A stretch of DNA of 64,000 bases from Candidatus Dormiibacterota bacterium (GTDB taxonomy: Bacteria; Chloroflexota; Dormibacteria; Dormibacterales; Dormibacteraceae), in contig DAIUFK010000001.1 in assembly GCA_036844615.1 (NCBI GenBank), positions 9,694 through 73,693 of the forward strand, given 5' to 3'. A model generated the notes under the pieces. The model had not been told where the DNA came from. It saw nothing but the letters and a program-made list of their open reading frames with translations, and did no database searches. The translations under genes were made by a program, and so were the position numbers. Shown piece by piece: positions 9,003 through 17,356 of this stretch (within the stretch, counting starts at the first letter, position 1; the number at the start of each line of letters is the position of its first letter).

Positions 9003-9980
9003 TCAGTTCCTGCCAATCGGTGATGGTGCTGGAGGCGGGCCGCCGGCCGATGCGCTGAGCGGGCTACCTGGCACCACGCCCGTGAGGTCGATATAGACGT
9101 CCTCGAGCCCTCGCCGCATATGCACAAGCTGGTCGACCCCAATGCCTGCCGCCACCAGCGCATGGTTGATGATCCGGCCGAGGTCCATGTCCGCAGTCAC
9201 CGTGATCGAATCCTTGATGGTGCCCCGCTCGGCTGTGGCGCCATTGACCGATCGCACCACGTCGATCGCTTTATCGACGTCGGAAACGTCGATGCGGTAC
9301 TGGAATCCCTTGAAGTTCATCAGCTCGCTCAACTCACCGGCCGCCTTCACCTCGCCCCGATGCAGAACGACCACTCGGTCACACAGCTCTTCGACCTCGG
9401 AGAGAAGGTGGCTGGAGAAGAAGATGGTCAGGCCCTGCTCGGTGGCAAGCTTGCGCAGGAGGATGCGAAGGCCGTGGATCCCATTGGGATCGAGGCCGTT
9501 CGTGGGCTCGTCAAGGATCAACAGGCGCGGCTTTCCGAGCATTGCCTGGGCGAGCGCCAGGCGCTGGCGCATACCCATCGAATAGCGCTTCACCTTGTCG
9601 TTTGCGCGCTCGGTCATACCGACTGTGTCAAGCAGCTCGGTTATCTGCTTCTCGTCCACCGGGCCGAGGGTGCGAGCGAAAAGGCGGAGGTTCTCGCGCC
9701 CGGAGAGGAAGCCATACAGGGCGGGCTGCTCGAGCGTGGCTCCGAACAGCCTCGCGGCTTTCGAGTGCTCGGTCCAGGAATCGAATCCGCCGATCCTGGC
9801 GGTGCCGCCGTCAGCACGCTGAAGCCCGAGAAGGATGCGGATTGTGGTTGTCTTGCCTGCCCCGTTGGGGCCCAGGAAACCGAATACCTCGCCCTCGGCG
9901 ACGCTGAGCGAGATCTGATTGAGGGCCCGGACCCGCCCAAACTTCTTTGAGAGCCCCTCGACCTCGACGATGGCGGGCAT
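9003..9980 (-). CDS. ABC transporter ATP-binding protein
   Basis: Walker A GPNGAGKTT, signature YSMGMRQRL and Walker B LILDEP. The ATG at 9980 is preceded by AAGGTG. Confidence 0.9.
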   Translation of the reverse strand: MPAIVEVEGLSKKFGRVRALNQISLSVAEGEVFGFLGPNGAGKTTTIRILLGLQRADGGTARIGGFDSWTEHSKAARLFGATLEQPALYGFLSGRENLRLFARTLGPVDEKQITELLDTVGMTERANDKVKRYSMGMRQRLALAQAMLGKPRLLILDEPTNGLDPNGIHGLRILLRKLATEQGLTIFFSSHLLSEVEELCDRVVVLHRGEVKAAGELSELMNFKGFQYRIDVSDVDKAIDVVRSVNGATAERGTIKDSITVTADMDLGRIINHALVAAGIGVDQLVHMRRGLEDVYIDLTGVVPGSPLSASAGGPPPAPSPIGRN

Positions 9981-10089
9981 TGCGTGCACCTTAGCGGCTC
10001 GGGCCACCTTGGGCGAGTCCTAGAGGAAGAACAAGGGCGGAGCCGCAACTCGTTCTCGACATCAGAGCAACCTCCGCCACAATCCCCTC

Positions 10090-10815
10090 ATGGGAAGGCT
10101 GTACAGCGAGCTCGCCGAGTGGTGGCCCACGTTCTCGGTCCCCGAGGAGTACCGCGAGGAAGCCGCCTTCTTCACGCGCGCCTTGAACGAGTCATGCGAT
10201 TCACGACCCCGCACGGTGCTCGAGCTGGGGTCGGGCGGAGGCAACAACGCGTCCCACCTCAAGGCGCACTTTGCGATGACGCTGGTGGACATGTCCCCTC
10301 AGATGCTCGCAGTCAGCCGCGCGCTGAATCCCGAGTGCGAGCACCTCGAAGGCGACATCCGGGCCGTCCGCCTCGGCCGGACCTTCGACGCGGTCTTCGT
10401 GCACGACGCGATCTGCCACATGACCACCGAGCTCGATCTGCGCGCCGTCATGGCGACGGCTTTCGAGCACTGCTGCGCTGGCGGCGCTGCCCTGTTCGCG
10501 CCCGATTTCGTGCGCGAGACCTTTGTCGAGAACACGGATCACGGAGGCAACGACACCGAACGCGGCAGCGTGCGCTTCTTGCAGTGGACCACCGACCCCG
10601 AACCGGCCGACACCGCATATTTCGTCGACTTCGCGATCCTCATTCGGGACCGGGAGGGCAACATGCGTGTGGAGCACGACCGTCACACGTACGGCCTGTT
10701 CTCACGCGCGGTGTGGCGACGCCTGCTGCGCGACGTAGGCTTCGAGCTCAACATGAAGCGCGCCTTGATCGACGGCTTCGGACGCGACGTCTTCGTGGGC
10801 AGGCGAGGACGTTAG
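10090..10815 (+). CDS. class I SAM-dependent methyltransferase
   Basis: Motif I VLELGSGGGNN followed by an acidic loop LVDMSPQML. 241 aa. Confidence 0.85.
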   Translation: MGRLYSELAEWWPTFSVPEEYREEAAFFTRALNESCDSRPRTVLELGSGGGNNASHLKAHFAMTLVDMSPQMLAVSRALNPECEHLEGDIRAVRLGRTFDAVFVHDAICHMTTELDLRAVMATAFEHCCAGGAALFAPDFVRETFVENTDHGGNDTERGSVRFLQWTTDPEPADTAYFVDFAILIRDREGNMRVEHDRHTYGLFSRAVWRRLLRDVGFELNMKRALIDGFGRDVFVGRRGR

Positions 10816-10863
10816 GTCCCGGAGCTCAAAGGGCCCTACCGTGCTCTGCTGGTCGCGCTCAGG

Positions 10864-11226
10864 CTAGGGGTTCGAGCTCGAGTCCGTCTCGTTTGCATCC
10901 TTCGCGCTGTTCTTATTGCCGTTCGCGGATGCGGCAGCGCTCACAGCCTTGCCGTGCTTGTTTGCGACGGCGCTCACGCACCTGCCGATCCCATGCTGCC
11001 CGGCGGCCAGAGCAGCCTTGCACTTAGCGACTGCTGCTGTCACGTCGGCGCCATGCCCTTTCGCCTGCCCCTGATTGTCAGGCGCCGAATTGGATGGAGT
11101 CTGCTGAGTCGTGGTCGACGCGAGGTGGATCGTGGTCGCGGCCAAGCCCCCGCCCGCGACGAGCCCGACCAGGCCCGCTACCAGGCCCAAGGCCAATTTG
11201 GATTGAAGCGCTGACATGAAGTGCAT
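10864..11226 (-). CDS. small secreted/anchored protein with a C-x13-C HGIG module; paralog of the ectodomain of the 11973..12422 product
   Basis: Start taken at MHFMSALQSKLALGLVAGLVGLVAGGG (signal or anchor). The core GADVTAAVAKCKAALAAGQHGIGRCVSAVANKHG matches the neighbouring anti-sigma candidate. Confidence 0.5.
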   Translation of the reverse strand: MHFMSALQSKLALGLVAGLVGLVAGGGLAATTIHLASTTTQQTPSNSAPDNQGQAKGHGADVTAAVAKCKAALAAGQHGIGRCVSAVANKHGKAVSAAASANGNKNSAKDANETDSSSNP

Positions 11227-11368
11227 CGTGGGTCCCTCCTGGGTTTGGTTGATCCAACGGCCGTCTCTGGATACATCAACTCGCGACCGGCCTCGACTAA
11301 CGACGGGACGGGCAACTTTGATCTGAGGGCAGGAAGCGTGCTCCGCGGGCGTCATACGGTAGTTACCT

Positions 11369-11965
11369 ATGTCTAATCAGGACTACAAGCCCGGATCGGT
11401 CGAGGATTTCGACCGCCTCTATCAATCGAGCTTTAACAGAATCCTCTACACGATCTACGGCATCCTGGGCGACCGGGCCGCGGCCGAGGACTGCACGCAG
11501 GACGCCTTCGTCAGAGCGTTCAAGGCCTGGAAGACCTGGAAACCGGATTCTCCTGCCGAAGCCTGGCTTCACAGGATCGCAATCAACGTCGCCTACAGCC
11601 ATCTGCGCCAAGGGCGCATCCGCGAGGTCGGTGAGCTGGTGCGAAGGCTCGGCCGCCCCGGGCCTGGCCAGGATCCTGCCAAGGTGGCTGAAAGCGGCGA
11701 CCTTTTTCGCGCCCTTCGCAAGCTTCCACCCGACCAGGCGGCCGCGATCGTCCTCCGTCACCACCACGGCTACACGAACCGGGAGATCGCGATCGCACTG
11801 GGCGCGCCCGAGAGCACTATCGCCTCGCGTCTCGCGAAAGCCAAGGAGCGCCTGCGCGCCGAGCTGAGGTGGGCCGAACCTCAAGAACAAGACACGGCCG
11901 CAGCCGCGCCCTTCGTTAGTCCGGCCAACAAGCGAGTTGTACTTAGCGATGGCCCAATCAAGTGA
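11369..11965 (+). CDS. ECF-type RNA polymerase sigma-70 family factor
   Basis: Region 2 (DCTQDAFVRAFKAWKTW...AWLHRIAINVAYSHLR) and region 4 (LPPDQAAAIVLRHHHGYTNREIAIALGAPESTIASRLAKAKERL). Confidence 0.9.
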   Translation: MSNQDYKPGSVEDFDRLYQSSFNRILYTIYGILGDRAAAEDCTQDAFVRAFKAWKTWKPDSPAEAWLHRIAINVAYSHLRQGRIREVGELVRRLGRPGPGQDPAKVAESGDLFRALRKLPPDQAAAIVLRHHHGYTNREIAIALGAPESTIASRLAKAKERLRAELRWAEPQEQDTAAAAPFVSPANKRVVLSDGPIK

Positions 11966-11972
11966 GCACGGG

Positions 11973-12422
11973 ATGAATGACGAATTCGACCGCCGGCTGA
12001 AAGATGAGCTCGGCAAAGGCTACGTCCCATTCAGCGCGACCTCAATACCGGCCGGCGCGCCATATCGTTCATCGGTGGGACGCGCCCGTCCATCGCTGGG
12101 ACGCAGCGCCCGGACTGCGATCGTGGTCGCAGCCATCGCGAGCGGCCTCATGGGGACCACCGCGCTTGCTGCCACTGCCGTCACGGGTAGCGCGAACCCT
12201 CAGGCCTGGGGCCAGTACGTCAGCGATGCGGTGAACACTTGCAAGAGAGAGCTCGGAGCCGGCGAGCACGGAATCGGGGGGTGCGTTCGCGCGATTGCAA
12301 ACCAGAAGGGAGTGCAAGAGCGCGACAAGCATTCAAATGGAAACGGGGCAAGCCACGCTCAACCGAGCGCGAAGGGGCGACCCAGCGGCGTGCCGAGCGG
12401 GCCGCCAAGCAGCAGACCGTAG
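11973..12422 (+). CDS. putative single-pass anti-sigma factor with a C-x13-C HGIG ectodomain
   Basis: It starts 8 nt after the ECF sigma gene. It has a ~47-aa cytoplasmic N-terminus, a TM helix TAIVVAAIASGLMGTTALAATAV, then GQYVSDAVNTCKRELGAGEHGIGGCVRAIANQKG. No ZAS motif is present. Confidence 0.5.
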   Translation: MNDEFDRRLKDELGKGYVPFSATSIPAGAPYRSSVGRARPSLGRSARTAIVVAAIASGLMGTTALAATAVTGSANPQAWGQYVSDAVNTCKRELGAGEHGIGGCVRAIANQKGVQERDKHSNGNGASHAQPSAKGRPSGVPSGPPSSRP

Positions 12423-12447
12423 CCGAGAGTCAATATCTCGGAGTCAG

Positions 12448-13809
12448 ATGGTCGACCCCGAGGAGGTTTACCGGCGCACGACCCCCGCCTCGCGGGCGCT
12501 GCACGAGCGCGCTGTCAAGGCGATGCCCGGCGGCACCACAAGAACCACCACCTACTTCCATCCCTACCCCATCTACATCGATCGCGGCGAGGGGTGCAGG
12601 ATCTGGGACGCCGACGGCGCCGAGCGCATCGACATGCTCGGCAACTACACAGCGATGATCCTCGGGCACGCGCATCCGAAGGTGGTGGAGGCGATCAACA
12701 GGCAGGCCGCCCGCGGCACTGCCTTCGCGGCGGCCAACCCGATCGAGGTGGAGCTCGCGACTCTCTTATGTGAGCGAGTCCCGAGCCTGGACCTCGTGCG
12801 TTTCTGCAACTCGGGGACCGAGGCCACCATGTTTGCGATGCGGTTGGCTCGGGCCTTCACTGGACGGCCGAACATTGCCCGGATCGAGGGCGGCTACCAC
12901 GGCACCCACGACTACGCCGAGGTCAGCACGCATCCAGCGCCGGCTGAGGCAGGCCCGCCCGAACGCCCTAATGCCACGCCCGACTCGATAGGCACGCCTC
13001 AGTGGGCATTGGAAGGCAGCGTTGTCCTCCCGTTCAACAACCCAGACGCTGCCGAGCGGATTCTTCGCGAGGAAGGTCACCGCGACAGCGTGGCGGCGGT
13101 GATCCTCGAGCCGATCATCGGAGCCGGTGGCGTGATCGCGGCGACGAACGAGTTCATACAGCGACTCAGGTCGGTGACCAGCGAGCTCGGAATTCTTCTC
13201 ATCTTTGACGAGGTGATCTCGATGCGTGTCGCGCCAGGCGGCGCTCAGCAGCTCTACGGCGTCACCCCTGACCTCACGACGATGGGGAAGATCATCGGCG
13301 GCGGCCTGCCGGTGGCCGCCTTTGGCGGGCGCGCCGATGTGATGGAGCTGATGGACCCGCGACGCCGGCCCAATCTCCCGCAGGGCGGGACCTACAACGG
13401 CAACCCACTCGGTATGGCAGCCGGCGTTGCGGCAATGAAAGAGCTGACGCCAGACGTCTACGAGGACCTGAATCGAAAGGGCGCAAGGGTCAAGGACCAG
13501 CTGACCGAGGTGTTCGCCTCGCACGGCATGCCGGCCCAGGTGAATTGCGCAGGCTCCCTGCTCGCGATTCACTTCACCGACGTGCCCGTCACCGACTACA
13601 GGAGCAAGGCAACTTCGAACGATGCCATCGCCCATGACTTCTTCCTCGCCCTGGTCAACCATGGCGTCCTGATGGCGCCACGCGCCATGGGCGCCCTCTC
13701 GACGCCGATGGCCGAGCCCGACATCCAGGAGTTCGTGGACGCGGTGGACGCAGTCATCACAGAGCAGCTGCCGAGATGGCGCGCGAACGGCTCGGTGATG
13801 GATCGTTAA
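12448..13809 (+). CDS. class III PLP-dependent aminotransferase (glutamate-1-semialdehyde aminomutase-like)
   Basis: GNYTAMILGHAHP, FDEVISMR and the PLP-Lys context TTMGKIIGGGLPVAAFGG. Start taken at MVDPEEVYRR, since the track start at 12295 overlaps the previous gene. Confidence 0.9.
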   Translation: MVDPEEVYRRTTPASRALHERAVKAMPGGTTRTTTYFHPYPIYIDRGEGCRIWDADGAERIDMLGNYTAMILGHAHPKVVEAINRQAARGTAFAAANPIEVELATLLCERVPSLDLVRFCNSGTEATMFAMRLARAFTGRPNIARIEGGYHGTHDYAEVSTHPAPAEAGPPERPNATPDSIGTPQWALEGSVVLPFNNPDAAERILREEGHRDSVAAVILEPIIGAGGVIAATNEFIQRLRSVTSELGILLIFDEVISMRVAPGGAQQLYGVTPDLTTMGKIIGGGLPVAAFGGRADVMELMDPRRRPNLPQGGTYNGNPLGMAAGVAAMKELTPDVYEDLNRKGARVKDQLTEVFASHGMPAQVNCAGSLLAIHFTDVPVTDYRSKATSNDAIAHDFFLALVNHGVLMAPRAMGALSTPMAEPDIQEFVDAVDAVITEQLPRWRANGSVMDR

Positions 13810-13939
13810 GGACGGGTAAACGGGTTCGTTTCCGGCGAAAAATCAGCTGACTAAGCCGTTGCTGGCTGCTCCTGAGGGGTGTAGGCTCTGACGGTCGATT
13901 CATCGACTTTCAGTGGGTTGGGAAGAGGACTGAGCGACT

Positions 13940-14872
13940 GTGAGGGCTTTTAAGCAGCAGGGTTCCGATGCTCCTGACGAGGAGCCGCAGGACGAACACG
14001 CCCGGATGGATGCCGTGAGGTCATGGCTGGCCAACGGCAACCACATCTTTGGCGTCGATCCTCGCCGCCGGCACGGGCATCACGGCCACGCGCGGCAGCT
14101 TTTGGCCGAGGATCTCCGGGCAGACAAGGCGACGTCAGGCGAATGGCAGGCGCTGGCCTCCGCGCTGGATAGGCACACGGTCCGGGGCGGCATGGCCGAG
14201 CTGAGCGCCGAGGAGCGCCAGGTGATCACTCTCGCCTACCTCGAAGGCAGGACCAACCGCGAGATCGCGGCGATGCTTGGTGTATCGGTAAGCACTGTCA
14301 GGCGACGCCTTTGGGTCGCCCTCAAGCGGCTCGAGGCTTACATCGGCCGCACCCGGAGCTGGGTGTCGGCAGTCCTCGTGCTCGGCGCCGGCTATGTGGT
14401 CGAGCGAACCTCGAAGCTTGCTCACTCTCTTGACGCCGATTGGACTCACAAAGTTGCTTCGACAGTGGCGGTTGGTGCAGTGGCCGTGGCGGCCATCGGC
14501 CTGACTGCGATGAGCCCCGACTCAACCAGGCCCCATGCGACGACCGCGCCGGCCGCTGCGGCGCTCGTTTCCAGGGCGGGTGTCGGCGACCGGGTGCTTC
14601 CAGCGGACATGTCGAACGTCCGACCGGTCCCGGTCCAGGTAGCGAGGGTAGTAATCCCTGACATTTCGCACAGCGCCATCCCGACGGCCGAAGTGATCCC
14701 CCTCGTGCACATAACCCAAAGCAAGCCCGCCGATGGCGATGGTTCTCTCCCAGGCCAAGGCTGCCTCGGCAACCCGACGAGCGCGCCACCGCCCGTTCCT
14801 GTCGGGTCGCACGCCAACCATCCGACTGGGCCTCCGGTGACTCACCCGACAGCAGGGGGCTGCCGGGCCTAA
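13940..14872 (+). CDS. membrane-anchored protein with only a sigma-70 region 4 HTH domain
   Basis: LSAEERQVITLAYLEGRTNREIAAMLGVSVSTVRRRLWVALKRLE is a sigma region 4 / LuxR-type HTH; no region 2 lies upstream. Hydrophobic segments WVSAVLVLGAGYVV and VASTVAVGAVAVAAIGLTAM follow, then a Pro-rich tail. Confidence 0.6.
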   Translation: MRAFKQQGSDAPDEEPQDEHARMDAVRSWLANGNHIFGVDPRRRHGHHGHARQLLAEDLRADKATSGEWQALASALDRHTVRGGMAELSAEERQVITLAYLEGRTNREIAAMLGVSVSTVRRRLWVALKRLEAYIGRTRSWVSAVLVLGAGYVVERTSKLAHSLDADWTHKVASTVAVGAVAVAAIGLTAMSPDSTRPHATTAPAAAALVSRAGVGDRVLPADMSNVRPVPVQVARVVIPDISHSAIPTAEVIPLVHITQSKPADGDGSLPGQGCLGNPTSAPPPVPVGSHANHPTGPPVTHPTAGGCRA

Positions 14873-14923
14873 CCGCCGCTCGACTTCGCCGCCGCGGCGA
14901 ATCGACAGTGCCCTTGGCGGCGT

Positions 14924-15883
14924 GTGGGTGCCCGGTTCGACCCGGCGCATAATCCAAAGGTGGCCACCGCCCTGTCGCTCTCTCATCTCGGCTCGCTGAT
15001 GCGCGGTGTGCGCAGCGTCGACGAGGTGGGGGCGGATGAGCGGGCAGCTTCGCTGGCCAAGCGTTCGATCAAGAAGTCTTCCAAGCTTTGGGCGCTCGAC
15101 CTCGCCATCCGCTGCATGGACCTGACCACCCTCGAGGGCTCCGACACCCCCGGCAAGGTTGCTGCCCTCTGCGCGAAAGCGATCCGGCCGAAGCCCGGCG
15201 ACGCCTCCATCCCATCGGTGGCGGCGATCTGTGTCTATCCCGCGCGTATCGCGGATGCAAAAGAGCACCTGCGTGGGAGCGGAGTGAAGGTCGCCTCGGT
15301 GGCGACAGCATTTCCCTCCGGGCAGAGCTTCACCTCGATCAAGGTGGCCGAGACAAAGGAGGTCGTGGCCGCCGGCGCGGACGAGGTCGACATGGTCATC
15401 GACCGTGGCGCCTTCCTCTCCGGCGACTACCAGCGGGTGTACGACGAGATAGTCGAAATCAAAGAGGCCTGCGGACCGGTGCACCTGAAGGTGATCCTCG
15501 AGACGGGCGAGCTCGGCACCTACGACGGCGTGCGGAGGGCCAGCATCCTCGCCATGGCTGCCGGCGCCGATTTCATCAAGACGTCCACCGGCAAGATCCA
15601 GCCCGCGGCGACCTTGCCCGTGAGCCTTGTGATGATGGAGTCGATCCGCGATTTCATGCGCGAGACGGGGCGACCTGTCGGTTTCAAGGCGGCTGGGGGC
15701 ATTCGCACCTCCAAGCAGGCGATCGCATATCTGGTGATCACCTACGAGACGCTCGGACCCGACTGGATGACCCCAGACCGGCTGCGCCTAGGCGCCTCGA
15801 CGCTGCTCAACGATGTCCTTATGCAGATCGACAAGGAGCGCACCGGCGCCTACCAGTCGGCCGACTACTTCACCATCGATTGA
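14924..15883 (+). CDS. deoC: deoxyribose-phosphate aldolase, long actinobacterial-type form
   Basis: DLTTLEGSDTPGKV, ICVYPARI, ADEVDMVIDRG and FIKTSTGK (Schiff-base Lys context). The GTG start at 14924 is uncertain; an alternative ATG lies at 14999. Confidence 0.9.
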   Translation: MGARFDPAHNPKVATALSLSHLGSLMRGVRSVDEVGADERAASLAKRSIKKSSKLWALDLAIRCMDLTTLEGSDTPGKVAALCAKAIRPKPGDASIPSVAAICVYPARIADAKEHLRGSGVKVASVATAFPSGQSFTSIKVAETKEVVAAGADEVDMVIDRGAFLSGDYQRVYDEIVEIKEACGPVHLKVILETGELGTYDGVRRASILAMAAGADFIKTSTGKIQPAATLPVSLVMMESIRDFMRETGRPVGFKAAGGIRTSKQAIAYLVITYETLGPDWMTPDRLRLGASTLLNDVLMQIDKERTGAYQSADYFTID

Positions 15884-17355
15884 TGGCAATCACAAAGCGC
15901 CAAGCCACCGAGCTGGCGAAGCAAACCTTCGACTACGCCCCAGCGCCCGAGGCGACCGACCACGTTCGCATCCAGCCGCGCTACGGCCTGTTCGTGGGCG
16001 GCAAGATGCTCGAGCCGCACAGCAAGAAGCGATTTCCCACCATCAATCCCGCCACCGAGCGACAGCTCTCAGAGGTGGCTGAGGCGGATGCAACCGACGT
16101 CGGCAAGGCGGTCGACGCGGCCGACAAGGCCTTCGCCTCCTGGTCGCGCATGGCGCCGTCGCGGCGGTCGCGCTACCTGTTCCGAATCTCCAGGCTGATC
16201 CAGGAGCGCGCCCGCGAGCTGGCGGTGGTCGAGACGATGGACGGCGGCAAGCCGATCAAGGAGTCCCGCGACGTCGACATCCCGCTGAGCGCGGCGCATT
16301 TCTTCTACTACGCGGGCTGGGCGGACAAGCTCGAGTGGGCGTTCCCCAACCGAAGGCACCGCCCGCTTGGGGTGGCTGGCCAGGTCATCCCGTGGAACTT
16401 CCCCCTTCTGATGCTCGCCTGGAAGATCGCTCCAGCGCTGGCCGCCGGCAACACTGTGGTGCTCAAGCCTGCTGAAACTACGCCGCTGTCGGCCCTGCTG
16501 TTCGCCGAGATCTGCCAGCAGGCGGAGCTGCCGCCTGGAGTCGTGAACATAATCACGGGCGCCGGCAAGACAGGTTCGCTCCTGGTGGCGCATCCGGCGG
16601 TCAAGAAGGTCGCGTTCACAGGTTCGACCGAGGTCGGCAAGCTGATTCAGCGGACGCTTGCCGGCTCAGGCAAGCGGCTCACGCTCGAGCTTGGCGGCAA
16701 GGCGGCCAACATCGTCTTCGAGGACGCCCCGCTCGACCAGGCGGTCGAGGGCATCGTCAACGGCATCTACTTCAACCAGGGCCACGTCTGCTGCGCCGGC
16801 AGCCGGTTGCTGGTGCAGGAGTCGATCGCGAAGCCCCTGCTCGAGAAGCTGAAACAGCGCGTCTCCACTCTGCGGCTTGGCGATCCGCTCGACAAGAACA
16901 CGGACATCGGCGCCATCAACTCGAAGGCGCAGCTGGAGAAGATCCAGGGTCTCGTCGAGTCGGGGGTAGAAGAGGGCGCCGAGATGTTCCAGCCGGAGTG
17001 CAAGATCCCCGACCGAGGTTTCTGGTTCCCGCCGACGATCTTCACCAACGTCTCGCAGTCGTATCGAATCGCGCGCGAGGAGATCTTCGGACCGGTGCTC
17101 TCCGTGCTCACGTTCCGCACCCCGGCAGAGGCGGTTGAGAAGGCTAACAACACGCCCTACGGCCTCTCGGCAGGCGTGTGGACCGACAAGGGATCGCGCA
17201 TCCTCTGGATGGCGGAACGCATGCGCGCCGGCGTGGTGTGGGCGAACACGTTCAACCGCTTCGACCCGACGTCTCCCTTCGGCGGCTACAAGGAATCCGG
17301 GTACGGCCGCGAAGGCGGGGTGCACGGCCTGCTTCCATACCTGGAGCTCAGCTGA
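15883..17355 (+). CDS. NAD(P)-dependent aldehyde dehydrogenase
   Basis: Start MAITKRQATE; the ATG shares one nucleotide with the deoC TGA. It has VIPWNFPLLM, LELGGKAANIVF (catalytic Glu) and FNQGHVCCAGSRL (catalytic Cys). The 755-aa track ORF is an upstream overextension. Confidence 0.9.
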   Translation: MAITKRQATELAKQTFDYAPAPEATDHVRIQPRYGLFVGGKMLEPHSKKRFPTINPATERQLSEVAEADATDVGKAVDAADKAFASWSRMAPSRRSRYLFRISRLIQERARELAVVETMDGGKPIKESRDVDIPLSAAHFFYYAGWADKLEWAFPNRRHRPLGVAGQVIPWNFPLLMLAWKIAPALAAGNTVVLKPAETTPLSALLFAEICQQAELPPGVVNIITGAGKTGSLLVAHPAVKKVAFTGSTEVGKLIQRTLAGSGKRLTLELGGKAANIVFEDAPLDQAVEGIVNGIYFNQGHVCCAGSRLLVQESIAKPLLEKLKQRVSTLRLGDPLDKNTDIGAINSKAQLEKIQGLVESGVEEGAEMFQPECKIPDRGFWFPPTIFTNVSQSYRIAREEIFGPVLSVLTFRTPAEAVEKANNTPYGLSAGVWTDKGSRILWMAERMRAGVVWANTFNRFDPTSPFGGYKESGYGREGGVHGLLPYLELS

Positions 17356-17356
17356 G

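Noticed and set aside
11227-11368. ECF-type promoter (-35 GGAAC / -10 CGT) in the divergent region of the ECF module
   Set aside because: The only AAC...CGT pair I found (GGGCAAC ... GCGT) has a ~20-nt spacer, which is too long for the usual 16-17 nt. There is not enough support to call it.
15088-15882. N-terminal extensions of tracked ORFs (15088..17355, 17135..18190, 12295..13809, 25588..27330, 32722..33600, 33360..34532, 37359..38207, 38385..39392, 45274..46239, 45370..46122, 3477..4523)
   Set aside because: The upstream parts overlap the preceding gene in another frame and are Arg-rich. In each case an internal start aligned with the family N-terminus, and often overlapping the previous stop by 1-4 nt, gives a normal-length protein.
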